DNA of 62,628 nt, filler included, from Chrysochromulina tobinii (lineage: Eukaryota), in the NCBI GenBank assembly GCA_001275005.1. It is 9 parts of 9 records of this genome, joined end to end, with 100 filler letters (N's around TTAATTAATTAA, not from the genome) between each part and the next. Parts side by side here need not be neighbours in the genome. Positions count along the whole stretch, not along the records: positions 43,057 to 56,622 come from JWZX01000558.1; 8 more parts are not named here. One strand, given 5' to 3'. Below the pieces are notes generated by a model. It was given only the letters and a program-made list of their open reading frames with translations. It was not told the DNA's origin and made no database searches. This document shows positions 43,057 to 54,150 of this stretch, in pieces. Position numbers and translations under genes: made by a program. How positions within the stretch are numbered: position 1 is the stretch's first letter; the number at the start of each line of letters is the position of its first letter.

Positions 43057-44588
43057 CGCGCGCTACGCGCGCGGGGCAACTTGATTACCCCCCCTCTATA
43101 GAGCACCCCCGTCACCTCCCAAGAGGCCGTCGACTACCCGGGCATGCGGAGTGCGCGGCAGCGAGCGCGGCAGCGAGCAGTGTCGAAGGAGTACGCAGTG
43201 ATCTGGTACAGCATGACGAGGGACGTCCAAGAGACGAGGGGGCATGCAGCAGCATGGAGCATGAGGAGAGAACCGCGGGGAGCGGTGACGAGAGAGAGGG
43301 CAGAGAGGGAGACGAGAGAGAGAGCGGAGCGTACAGCGAGGAGGAAGAGGCAGCGGCGGGCAAAGAGAGAGAGGGCGGCGGTCTGGCAGGCGGCATCAAA
43401 AAGAAGAAGCCGAGGAGAAGGTCGAAGGGCTCTGGAAATCATAGTCAACGACAAGACGAAGCACGGCGCGATCGGTCTGAGCACGCGAAGCAGGAGACTT
43501 CGGCACTGCCCTCTAGGGCGTGAGTCGGGAATCGAATGTGCGCGGGCTCATGATCTGGCTTTGGTTCAATCTGGCTCAACCGGGCAGCTGGCTCTATCCC
43601 CTCCTCTCCCCTCCCTGTCTGTCCCTGGCAGGAGCTGCTCGACTACAGCAAGGCGGAGCCCCTCGGCGGTTTCCTGCTGCGGCGTCCCCTGACCTGCGCG
43701 TGGTGCGGAGGGGGCATAGCTCTTTCCCACTTGCGCGCGGGCTGCAGTACTGTATCCGCGGGAGGCACCGCCCACGCGCGAGGAGCCTGTGTGCTCGGAG
43801 CGCGTGTGGACCGGAGAACCGCGGCAGGCTGGGCCGGGGCGCCGAGCGGGGGCTTGCCTGAGCGCGAGGGGGCGAGGTGGCGAAAGCCGAAGCCCGCTCG
43901 CGACACTTCGGTGCGGAGCGAGCCAAGCAAATCTCTCGGCATCTATTTGATTCCCCCACTGGGTCGAGCGGACGGCCGCTCTTCTCCTACGATCGGACCA
44001 CCGCACTCTGCCACGGCGAGTCGCACCACGGTGGGCCTACGACATCGCGGGGCCGGGGGGCTCGAAGTCAACTAAACCATCCGGGCCTGTGTTCCCTTGT
44101 GGAGCGTGGCAGGTCGCGAGCTTTACCTCTGTTGGTGTGGTCTGAGCGGACACATGCCGATCGATGTGCCGCGAGGAAGACTGCTATGGATGGCCCACAG
44201 GCGCGCTTCACGATCGAGCGGCTCTCTCATGTTGGGAAGCATGAGCAGCATGCCTCGGTGAGCGTTAGCGGTTCTGGGCATATCTCTCTCTCCCCTCTCC
44301 GGGCCCGCCCACCCTTTCCTACCCCGTTGGCTACAGGGGTACTCGGTTGCGCTGGTTTAGGTACTTGTGTGTGTCGACTAATTAGCTTGCTTGCTGCCAA
44401 AAACGTTCCAACTCACGTCTATCCGGATACATAACACTCAACTTGACAAGTCTTGCGACCGCTCGGCGTCTCGACGCCAAGCGGTCAACCTGCCGATTCG
44501 CGGCTGCGACACTGCTCTTCTCCGAGTATGCTTCGCACGAGTGACCCTCGGCCTAACCCTGCAGTTGCACCCAGGAGAGGTGCAGATC

Positions 44589-45155
44589 TCAAAAGGGCGG
44601 AGGTGCAACCTTAGACAGCCTTGCTGTTGCATAGTCGTACTCATGCCCGTGCTCATCGATCCATTCGGCGAGCTGTTCCTCGGTGCCTGCGCGGTTCGAG
44701 CCGCGCAGCACCCGCACGTTCGGAGGGTGTGCGCGCGTCCAGTGCTGCTGCTCACGCTCCCGCGCTACTGCCATCTCCTCAAACCACCGCACCCAGTAGC
44801 TCGCCGCGTCCTCGACGGTACGGATATCCGTGAGTGCGGCATGCGAGATGTGGGCGCCAAAGGTACGCTCGCACGCGGTGAGCAGCTGCCGATTTGGGGT
44901 GGTTTATGCGAAGGAGTGAGAGAAAGCGAGAGAGAGAGAGAAAGAGAGAGGGAGAGAGGGTGTCGAGCTGGCAAGAGAGGCTGGCGAGCGCACCTCAAAC
45001 TTGAGCGCGAGGTCCGCGTTCAAGTCGGTCTGGCTCGAGATGGACTTCGACGCGGCAAGGTCGAGCACGCTCCTGCGAGGGTCTGCCGCCACACACAGCC
45101 CACGCGTGCACGGCCGCACGAGCGGCTTGAGCGCGATGCGGGCACGTACTAGCAT
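44589..45155 (-). CDS. Mitochondrial ribosomal protein mL50-like, complement(join(44589..44885,44994..45155))
   Basis: Arg-rich presequence; the spliced product LNADLALKFE|LLTACERTFGAHISHAALTDIRTVEDAASYW...PPNVRVL fits the mL50 ACP-like pattern; phase-0 GT-AG intron with a CT microsatellite. Confidence 0.72.
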
Positions 45156-45322
45156 GCGGCGCCCGCGACAACGTCTATTCCTCGCAATTCACGCTCTCGT
45201 TCACAGCCAAATCGGTGTCCGCGTGTGGACTTCTTGTGGGACACGTGTACTCGATGTGCTTCGAACGTGTTGCGATGATACCCATTTCTCCCATTTTTAG
45301 CACAGGTTCCATCGCAGTCGAG

Positions 45323-46693
45323 ATGCGAGGCTATGGGTCTGGCGCGCTGCTACCCCCAACGGGGAGCAGCATTGGCGGCAGCAGTAGCAGCGGCGGCGGC
45401 GGCGGCGGCAGCAGTAGCAGCGGCGGCGGCGGCGGCGGCAGCGGCAGCAGCAGTAGCAGCAGCGGCAGCACCAGCACCAGCATTAGCAATAGCGCAGCCA
45501 GCAATAGCAGCAGCCATGACGGTAGCATCAGGAGCTGGACTTGGCCATTTCGGGCCAATCTGCAAGCGCTCACCAACGAAGATTTTCCATCAGCGCCGGT
45601 GCAACTCGATGCGACGCTGACGAGCCCGACGATGGTGGCAGTCGGCATCTCGGCGGCCATCATCGGCGCCCTCAGTGCCTCCTTTGGGCTCATGCTGATC
45701 AAGAGCGGCAACGCGCTCGAAGTTCACCTGCCGTGGTACAAGCGCGGGCGATGGCTCATGGGATTCGTGCTCCAGGCGGCCGTCTCGTCGGTGACCAACG
45801 TGGTCGCATTCTCAACCTGCCCGCTCTCGCTCATATCGCCGCTTTATGGCCTCACCCTCGCGTTCTCGGCGCTCTGGGCATCGCTCGGGATCTTTGAGGG
45901 CGTCCACGAGATGACGAGCTATGCCGAGATGTTCACCATCGGCATCATCTTCATGGGCGTCACGCTCTCGTCCATCTTCGGTCCGTACAGCGTGGGGAAC
46001 GGCAACCTCGACCATCTTGGAGACTATCTGTGCACGCCACAGTTCATCTGCCTGTGGCTGGTGCTCACGACGCTTACTGCCGGTTGGACGCTCGTCTCGG
46101 CGCTTCCCTCGTGTCGTCATTTATACGACAAAATGGATTCGTCGCTAAGCACAACAATCTCCGCCTTAGCCGCCGCCGCGAGCGCGGCGCTCAGCCTGTG
46201 CTGCCTCAAAGTAGCCGCGATGCTCGTGCCCTATGGGATCGACCGGGGCTACCTACCCGGCACCAACGGGTGGGTGTGGCTGTGCATCGCGGGGATCGCC
46301 GTGTATGCGTGCACGCACCTCTACCTGCTCAACGAGCTTTTGAGTCGCGGGCGCACTATGTTCGCCGTACCCATCTTCTCGTCGTGCACGCTGCTGCTCA
46401 CCATGACTTGCTCCGCGGTGCTCTTCGGTGACTTCTACAAGATGAGTTTCACGCCAATGGCGGGCTTCCTCTGCGGCGCCGCGCTCGTCATCTTGGGCGC
46501 CCTGCTGCTGCACCTCCTGGGCGCGGTCGACGTCGAAGAGTCGGCAAGCAGAGAGGAGGCTTCCGACCAGGTGTCCGATGCGCGCGCCAACAAGGCGGCT
46601 TTCTTCCGCAAACGCTTCGTCTTGCCGCCTAGCAAACTGGCTACTGCCTCGAATGGCGGGGAGGAGCAGGAGGTGTTCAAGGATGCCAATTGA
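45323..46693 (+). CDS. NIPA-like Mg2+ transporter (DMT superfamily) with a Ser/Gly-rich N-terminus
   Basis: About 9 TM segments; G...AIIG...SFGLML.K, RWLMGF, VAFSTCPLSLISPLYG, VPIF, LFGDF. Confidence 0.85.
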   Translation: MRGYGSGALLPPTGSSIGGSSSSGGGGGGSSSSGGGGGGSGSSSSSSGSTSTSISNSAASNSSSHDGSIRSWTWPFRANLQALTNEDFPSAPVQLDATLTSPTMVAVGISAAIIGALSASFGLMLIKSGNALEVHLPWYKRGRWLMGFVLQAAVSSVTNVVAFSTCPLSLISPLYGLTLAFSALWASLGIFEGVHEMTSYAEMFTIGIIFMGVTLSSIFGPYSVGNGNLDHLGDYLCTPQFICLWLVLTTLTAGWTLVSALPSCRHLYDKMDSSLSTTISALAAAASAALSLCCLKVAAMLVPYGIDRGYLPGTNGWVWLCIAGIAVYACTHLYLLNELLSRGRTMFAVPIFSSCTLLLTMTCSAVLFGDFYKMSFTPMAGFLCGAALVILGALLLHLLGAVDVEESASREEASDQVSDARANKAAFFRKRFVLPPSKLATASNGGEEQEVFKDAN

Positions 46694-46959
46694 CGGATGC
46701 GCGCGAGAGTCCGCGCGCATCCTCGAGAGACGGCCACAGACCAATACAGTTAAGAGCCAGCCCGGACTGAGGCAGTTTCGTGATGGAAAGGATTTCCGAT
46801 AAATGGCTGTGGGGTGAGCAGGGGGACCCCGACGAAACTGCTGTCTCACTGGTGTGAATTGAAAGGTGCCGAAACGTTGTTTTTTTTAGCCCGGCCGATT
46901 GGAAGGAGTGTGGGCTGGCGCGGAAGGCGGAAGTGGCAGACGCCCGGAAGTTCATCGCG

Positions 46960-47423
46960 ATGCCTTCGGAAGATGAGGAGGTGCAAGAGCTGAAGCAGAT
47001 GTTCTCTTCGCCCACGAAGAGCAAGAAGCACAGGAGCCCAGCTCGGAAGCCCGCGTGGGACTCGACGCCGCTGCGGAGCCGTCCCTCGGCTTTGGTTGGT
47101 CTTCGGCCGGTCACGCGCGAGCCGTGGGCAATTGATGAGGACGTGTACAACCGGAAATTCGAGATGCGTGATGTTGGCGTGCCGGATCGCTACCTTGACA
47201 AGACCGCACGGGTCAAAGAGAACAACTCAAAGTACGTTGACTATCTCTGCCGATTTGACCAGAAGTACAGCGAGATGAATGGTGGCTACAATCGCTTCGA
47301 CGGTGAGGAGAGGCCCCGCGTCCCGCCGTCCTCAGCTCTTCCCTAGGCCCATCTTCCCACGTCTATCACTCACTGACGGACGATCGCCCCCATCTCCTAT
47401 TCGCAGGCAATCCCTTCACCTAA
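46960..47423 (+). CDS. Small hypothetical protein, join(46960..47302,47407..47423)
   Basis: Coding-like ORF (KPAWDSTP...PWAIDEDVYNRKF); G|GTGAGG...TTCGCAG intron gives the ending FDGNPFT*. Confidence 0.6.
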
Positions 47424-47846
47424 GCTACGAGCGGCGGCGAGACCCGTTTGTCATACGTTCGAGCCGGGTCACGAGGATTCCAGGAAATCTGTGTGTTGTC
47501 CAGTGCATGTGCAGCATGCATAATCATTCGTGCCGTTTCCATGTGATCCATTGCGTGCACTGGGAGTGAGACACCCACCTGGGGAGCATACAAACATAGT
47601 ACATGCACATTGAGTTGAGCGATACCTGTCAACCTGTGTCAGTGTGGAGTTCGTAGCGGTGGGTTCTGAGGCAGTACGGCTACGGCTTGTCATCGGCCAA
47701 GTTGTGAGTGTGCAGTGTGTTGGGCTACAAGTACATGAAAACCTGCTTTCTAACGTGGAAGTAAGGAAGTATGTAGCTATGCAGAAGTCTAACTGCATTC
47801 GCAGCCAAATTTGTTCACTACTCCGCCGACCGTCCTATCGCGACGG

Positions 47847-49250
47847 ATGGCCTTCGGCCTTTGGCCTTTCAAGGCTACACGAGCATCCAAGAGCACCAGC
47901 AGCGGCGACGGCGGCGGCAGTAGCAGCAGCAAAAAGGCCAAGAGCTCCGCCAAGAGCTCCCGCTCCTCCAATAGCAAGGTGGCCAAACAGCCAGGCGCTG
48001 ATGGGCAGGCGACCCCGGGCACGAGCTCGTCCGAGGACGAGGTCGCTGTGGTGGCCTCTGCGACGTCTGGAGCTCCGGCTCTGGCTCCGGCTCCGGCTCC
48101 GGCCGCCGCGATGAAGGCGAGGCAAACCGCGAAGCAAACCGCAACAGCAACCGCAGCGGCCGTTGCCGCGGCCGCGGCGGCCGCAGCTGCGGCGAAGCAA
48201 GCCGCAGCCGCGGCTGCGGCGGCCGCAGCCGCGGAGAAACTTAAAATCAACACGGCGGCCACGCAGTTGCAGAGCGTCGTGCGCGGCAAGCGCGCGCGCT
48301 CCAAATCGCCCGCTTGGCCAGTGATGCAGAAGCGCGCTGAGATGCGCGAGCTCTTCCAGCACCACGATCAGCAGCGAATGGCGCGCTTGAGCGCAGCCCA
48401 GGTGATTCAGCGCTACGTCCGACGGCTGCGCTCCGAGCGCGCCAGAGGCGTCCGATCGCCTCTCAAGAAGCAGACGAAGACGATTGGATGGCTGACAGAG
48501 GCGCCTTCTTCGTGGCGCGAACTCTTCGGCTTCGGCGGCACCACCGATCGGAGAAAAGACTCCACGCCTCCGCCGCAAGGTCCTCCTCCTCGGCTCCGCG
48601 ACGTCGCCAAGCAGCTCGACAAGCGCCAGGCGAAGGCGGTGGATGAGGACAAACTCAATCCGCTCTCTGCCAACTACGTCGGCCCCGAGGAGCACCGTAG
48701 GATTCTCGAGTCTAGAGAGGGCAAGTTCAAGAGACTCGGCGCGCCCACGCAGGCCAACGTGGAGCGTGCCCTGCCCGGGCAGGTCGCCACACTGCTCAAT
48801 GTGCTCAGCTTCGTCGACGCTGTGAATGAGCTTCTCATCCGACGGCTGGTCAAGATGCCAGGCGAGAATAGCGCCGTCTTCGAGGCCCTGACCGGATGGG
48901 ACGACGGCGCGCTCCAGGCGCGCTTCTCGGGCGCCGCACAGTACCTGAGGGCTGCCAAAAAGTACGGGCTGCTCCACTTCGATGGCGAGATGCCGCTCGG
49001 GTGCGTCATCACGTCGCTCTCCCTCGGGCGCTCTCGCCATCGACTGCTGGCGGCGGTGCTCATGCGCCCGCAACTCATCGGCGCTTCGATGGATGGGCGC
49101 GAGCTCGTGCGCCGCGTGCTCGGCCCCGAGTTCGAGGTGCAGCTCGAGCGATTTGTCGAGGGCACCTTCGACGATCTCTTCCCGCGCGCGAAGCCGAAGG
49201 CGGTACCAGGGCGACCAGGCAGCCCAAACTCGACAGATCTGAAGTGCTGA
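47847..49250 (+). CDS. IQ-motif protein with a Costars-like domain
   Basis: AATQLQSVVRGKRAR and AAQVIQRYVRR IQ motifs; FEAL...FSGAAQYLRAAKKYGLLHFDGEM resembles the Costars C-terminus. Confidence 0.7.
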   Translation: MAFGLWPFKATRASKSTSSGDGGGSSSSKKAKSSAKSSRSSNSKVAKQPGADGQATPGTSSSEDEVAVVASATSGAPALAPAPAPAAAMKARQTAKQTATATAAAVAAAAAAAAAAKQAAAAAAAAAAAEKLKINTAATQLQSVVRGKRARSKSPAWPVMQKRAEMRELFQHHDQQRMARLSAAQVIQRYVRRLRSERARGVRSPLKKQTKTIGWLTEAPSSWRELFGFGGTTDRRKDSTPPPQGPPPRLRDVAKQLDKRQAKAVDEDKLNPLSANYVGPEEHRRILESREGKFKRLGAPTQANVERALPGQVATLLNVLSFVDAVNELLIRRLVKMPGENSAVFEALTGWDDGALQARFSGAAQYLRAAKKYGLLHFDGEMPLGCVITSLSLGRSRHRLLAAVLMRPQLIGASMDGRELVRRVLGPEFEVQLERFVEGTFDDLFPRAKPKAVPGRPGSPNSTDLKC

Positions 49251-49462
49251 GCTCGTCACACACACAGTTTTGTGAGTTGATTGAGCTTTGAGCTTCCATT
49301 CCAGGCAGGCAACAGGTGAATTTAGCAGATTTTCAGGGGAGTAGTGCAGATCCAGTTTGCGTGAAAAACTAGGTGAAAAACCGCTCCACAGGGTAAATCG
49401 GTTTCGGCAATTTATTCGGAAACTCATTTTCGTCAAACGGATCTTGCGAACATTCGGGATGG

Positions 49463-50155
49463 ATGGACGGCGATCAAATTAGCGACACTCTTTCCTACAT
49501 CATCAACATGATGACCCTAGTGCCCCTCGTTCCTGCGCTGCTGAGCTTCACGCCAAGCGTGCACATTGGCACGATCAGCCATCGCGTGGCGACACGCCTT
49601 CACGTGCAACCGCCGCGCATGCTCATCAGCACGTTGATTGCCGAGGCCTTCGGCGTATTGCCCTCCGATGCCTTTGGCAGTGTGCCATCGACCTTTGCCG
49701 CCCTGCCACAGGAGCTGAGCGAGCTGGCAGCACCCGCGCACCAAAAGTTCTCGCACATCTTCATGGCCGCGTGCGGTGGCTACACGGCTTTCAGCGCCGC
49801 CTGTACCTTTGTGCCTCTAATCACCAGGCGCTTTATGGGCATGGGACAAGAGGACGACCTCGAGCAGTTCCTCGCCAACCGTCCCGAGAGTTCCTTCGGC
49901 TGGCACAACGCTGATCTGCGGAAGCCATTGCCGTCGACGCTTGAGGAGCTGTCGCAGATGAACGGCTTTCCTCTCGGCGTTCATAAGGGTCGTCGCGTGT
50001 ACCTTTGCCACATCCAGCCCGAACGCGTTCGCGAGGCCCAAACGCACCTGGCATCCTTTGCCGAGATCGAGAAGAGCCGCGACTTTAGCGACTTTTACGG
50101 CGAGACGGTCTACGTCTGCTTCGAGCATGCGAGCGGGCGACCAACTACAATGTAA
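49463..50155 (+). CDS. Probable plastid-targeted hypothetical protein
   Basis: Signal-like MMTLVPLVPALLSF-TPS (true start probably near 49508); one TM segment; conserved-looking FGWHNADLRKPLP...SRDFSDFYGETVYVC. Confidence 0.65.
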   Translation: MDGDQISDTLSYIINMMTLVPLVPALLSFTPSVHIGTISHRVATRLHVQPPRMLISTLIAEAFGVLPSDAFGSVPSTFAALPQELSELAAPAHQKFSHIFMAACGGYTAFSAACTFVPLITRRFMGMGQEDDLEQFLANRPESSFGWHNADLRKPLPSTLEELSQMNGFPLGVHKGRRVYLCHIQPERVREAQTHLASFAEIEKSRDFSDFYGETVYVCFEHASGRPTTM

Positions 50156-50967
50156 CGTCGACGACTCGTCGAAGGGGTCGAGGCTGACTCGAGGGAGTCG
50201 AGATGTAGGCGTGGGAACGTGATCCGAAGTAATCCGGCTCCAAGCTCATGAAGGAGCGTCTCGCCATGCATTTTGACGTGTACTATAGCCCATAAGTCTG
50301 TACAGACGCATAATGCGTGATGCACGTGTACATTCGGATCGTGTGCATGCACAGTTGCGCGCGAGGCGCGTGTACATTTTCGTTTCGGACCGGTTCCTGT
50401 ACAGTGTACTGCGCCGTCGCCCGGGGGCAGTGTGTTAGTGCTGGCGTAGTGTGCTGCCCATCCCGGGCATAGTATGGCGCATAGTACTACTGCTTGCGGT
50501 ACCGAGTCGGTCTGGGTGTCGTATGTATAATTAACCGGTACCGGTGCGGGTACGACACCCGGCTCCGGGGACACGCGCGGGGACGGCGGGTCTGACTCGC
50601 GCCCGGCCCCGGGGGCTGCGGGCGCGGCGCGCCGGCGGGCGACCGCGGCGTGCGACGGTAGAATCGCGCCGGCGGAGCGGGGGGCCGGGGCCGGCCCCGC
50701 CCGGCGCCGTCCACATAACATCCGGTCCGCGCACCGCGGACGAGCACCGAGGACACTCGACACGACAGTGGACAGCCCCCTCAATGTGACACGCGGACGA
50801 TCGCGCACGTCGCACCCCGACGCACCGCGACGCGACCCAACCCGGCGGCGACGCGTAAGATGAAAGGCGCATAAAACCTGCGTGGGCAGTCACCCTGTAC
50901 GGCCAGAGTACATTTAGTACGCGAAGTCCGCGCGGCGATTGCAGACGCGCAGATGGGCGGCGATATG

Positions 50968-53900
50968 TTACAGTAGGCCTCTTCCCATGGTAGGACCGGA
51001 GCCAAAGTGGCAGCAACCCATCAGCGAGCGTCTGAATGCATTCCACGCCTGCTCGCGTTGCGCTAACTCGCGAGCCTGGGCATGCGATCGCTCGCGCAGC
51101 CACACCGTGGCGATGTCCTTGCACCCTGCGCGTACAGGCAAGCCCGCGTGGAGGCACATCGGGTTGCGCCGAGCCACGCCTTCACGCAGCAGGTTGCAGC
51201 AGGTTGCAGCCGGTTGCAGCAGATTGTGGAAGACGAGGAGCCGGCCTGCGCAGGCAGTGTGTTTTGCGGGGCGGGGGTGAGGCCAGAAGTGGTGTGCATC
51301 ACTGAAGAGGGCTCTTGAACGCACCTTGCCGTGGCTGTACCTTGATCCCCAGATGCTTGAAGCCTGTCTCACCACCCTCCTTCACGTCGTTCAAATACAC
51401 GATCGCCGTCTTGCTCACACATGGCGGGAAGATCGTCAACTCGGAGTGCGCGTTCGCTTCGTCAAGGCTCCGCGGGGCAGACGGGTTCGATTCACGGCAG
51501 CCCACCTGGCACCGCTGCCCTTGGTCAGCAACAGCCCGGTCGCCCTCTTCCGTGCCTTCCTCGTAAGCGTCGTGGTGCCATCGATACTCACCGCCAAGAT
51601 CGTAGTGCACGATCTGTGGTCCCTCGAACCGCCCAAGATCATCTTTGCTGACCCCGAGCTGGCCGCCCACGCGCTCAAGCATCATCTGCGCAACCTGCGC
51701 GTCGGGGTTCGTCGTCTGATGAAGGAGGCAATTCCTCGACATCGCTCATCGGGCGTTCAGCGAGCAGAAGAGCGAGATACCAACGAGATCGGGCCATCAT
51801 CAGGGGCACTCAGGGGCACTCAGGGGCCCATCAGGGGCCCATCAGGGGCACTCACCACGTCGCTGTAGTGTAGCCATGTCGTCTCCGAGCGCCTGCCATC
51901 GCTCATTTGGCCCGGTTGCTGGCGAGCAGCCAAGCCCGTCATGGGCTGCTTCACCCTGCTGGGGTACTTGTGGTGGGTGGCAGCCGCATCCTTGATCATC
52001 TCGCACTCGTCGGGCGTGAAGAAGCGGTCTATCACATAGACCATCGGGTCATGGGAGAGGATACATATGCTGCTTCGATCTGGTCGGGTAGCTGCCGCCC
52101 CTGCCGACTCGGCGCTCGCTGCCGTCGTGACCGTCGCAGCATCAGCAGCCGAGGGCGCGTTGGCGGCGGCGGCAGGGCGTCCCGCTGGGGGAGAGCGCAC
52201 AAGCCGCACGCTCGCGTGCGGTGGCGAGAGCTCCGTTGCTGCCGCTGTCGCGTCGGTGCTCAGCGTCACCAGAGCTTCGAGGGTCTCTCGGTCCGCTCCC
52301 TCCGGTGCGTCGACTCCACTCTCACGCAGTGCCGCGCGAAGCTGGGCTGTCGTCATGTGGCGAGCGTTGTGGCGAGCGTGCTTCACCGGCGACGATGTCG
52401 CCGCTACAACCGTGCAAAGTCCCGGAGCCGTTGGCGACCTGTCAGTGTGGATCGCAGCACGAGCCATCGCTAGCGCGGCAGCCTTCGCCGCCGCGTCCGA
52501 CTTTGCATGCCCGAGCAGCTCAAAAGTCATGCTGGTTAGCGTCGTCTCGATTTCGGCTGCCGCAGCGGCGGCCAAGACCGCTGCCCTCTGCCTCTTCACT
52601 ACCGCCTCCGCCTTGGCCGCCTCAAACTTCGCGTGCATGAGCAGCGAATTCGCCATACTTGTGAGTGTGGCCATGGCCGCTGCTATCTCCGCCTTGGTCG
52701 CCGGCTCCGCCTTCGCCGCCTCGTGCTCGGTTTCACACGCCGTGCTGGGCGCGTGCTCGGGTTCACGCGCCGTGCTGGGCGCCTCGTGCTCGGTTTCAAG
52801 CGCCGTGCTGGGCGCCTCGTGCTCGGTTTCACACGCCGTGCTGGGCGCCTCGTGCTCGGTTTCACACGCCGTGCTGGGCGCGTGCTCGGTTTCACGCGCC
52901 GTGCTGGGCGCCTCGTGCTCGGTTTCACACGCCGTGCTGGGCGATGCTTGATCGGTCTGCGCGGTCTGAAGCAGCGCATGAGGCGCGGCGGGCGTGGCCA
53001 GGTCCGTCGTGGCCTCGGCAGGCGCTGCGGGCGTGGCCAGGCCCGTCGTGGCCTCGGCAGGCGCGGCGGGCGTGGCCAGGTCCGTCGTGGCCTCGGCAGG
53101 CGCGGCGGGCGGCTCTCGCAGTGGGCTTTGCATTGCCCATTTGGACGGCGAAATGGCATCGGCCTTAAAGGTGAGAACGGCGCCAGGCGAGACTCCTTCG
53201 GGCACCATGAGGCGCACCTTGACGCCGCTGGGAGTCGTAGCCTGCAGCATGTCGCCCGGCATCACACCCTCAGGGACTGTCATCTCAAACAGTTCATCCT
53301 CGCCTTCTGGAGCCGGCGGCCGCCCTACGGGTGCCGTGTGCGCAGCCACCCTCTCTGCGGCTTCCTTCTCTGCCGCAAGGGCTTTGGATGCCTCACGAAG
53401 CCACTCAGGCGACGGACCATCGTCCGGGGTCCGTGGCGTGGGCGCAGCTGAGGAGGGCGTGTTCAGAGCCTCCTCCATCTCCACCTTCACCTGGGGGGTC
53501 GCAAAATCCACGGGTGCATCGACCGCCTTCTCTGCGGCTGCCTTCTCAGCCGCCTCCTTCTCGGCTGCTGCCTTCGCGGCCGCTTCCTTCTTGGCCGCTT
53601 CGTCCTCAGCAGCTTCCTTCTCTGCTGCGGCCTTCTCGGATGCTGTCGTCTTCTCCGCTGCCGCCTTCTTGGCCGCAAACGCCCCCTTCTCAGCAATGTA
53701 CTGGAGTGCCTTGGTGTACTCGAGTACCCCTCGTTCATCGTCGCTCTTGCGGTTATCGGAGAGCATGAGTTGGAACTCCTCGAAGTTCATCCGGTTGGCG
53801 CGCCAGTCGATGTTTTCCAGCATGCGCTCCATCGCACGCTCATCGAGATGCATTCCAAACGTGCGCAGCAGGTCGCCCTGCGTGATGTACCCGTCGTGGT

Positions 53901-53997
53901 CCGAGTCGATCATGTGATGGAACGCCGCATGAGCCGCGCTTTGGGGATGCCGGGACCAAACGTCGGTCGCCGTCGCGGAGTGCAATGGATGATGCAT
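50968..53997 (-). CDS. Multidomain EF-hand / repeat / prolyl-4-hydroxylase-like 2OG dioxygenase (introns 51716-51855, 51410-51505, 51246-51324)
   Basis: DSDHDGYITQGD EF-hand; LSHDPMVYVIDRFFTPDEC, RRSETTWL, QIVHY..GGEYRWHHD, GQR..TAIVYLNDVKEGGETGF, CLHAGLPV..G.KDIATVW after in-frame splicing. Confidence 0.88.
52720..53110 (-). repeat. Coding tandem repeats: 30-33 bp ETEH(E)APSTAC about x7 and 39-bp PAAPAEATTDLAT x3
   Basis: Visible in both DNA and translation. Confidence 0.9.
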
Positions 53998-54150
53998 TTT
54001 GAGCGCGCTCCGCAAGCATGCGAAAGGGGGCTTGCAGAACTTGCTGAAACCTCAGCCACTACGATCGTTCATCTAAAGAGCGTGCGCGATGCCAAAATGA
54101 GGAGTTCCGTCCGAGTTGCAATCATCGTGCTCGACCTTCATTAATTAAAG

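Noticed and set aside
43144..43692. Arg/Glu-rich CDS
   Set aside because: Purine-rich low-complexity sequence that is open in several frames, with no recognisable domain
46765..46850. Hammerhead ribozyme (gcagtttcgt...acgaaactgc)
   Set aside because: The 10-bp inverted repeat is real, but no CUGANGA core is correctly placed on either strand
47835..49436. Long antisense or alternative-frame ORFs (also 1308-2306, 8226-9317, 19145-19972, 40913-42514, 57442-58293)
   Set aside because: These are shadow ORFs expected from high GC and codon bias opposite recognisable genes, and they contain no motifs
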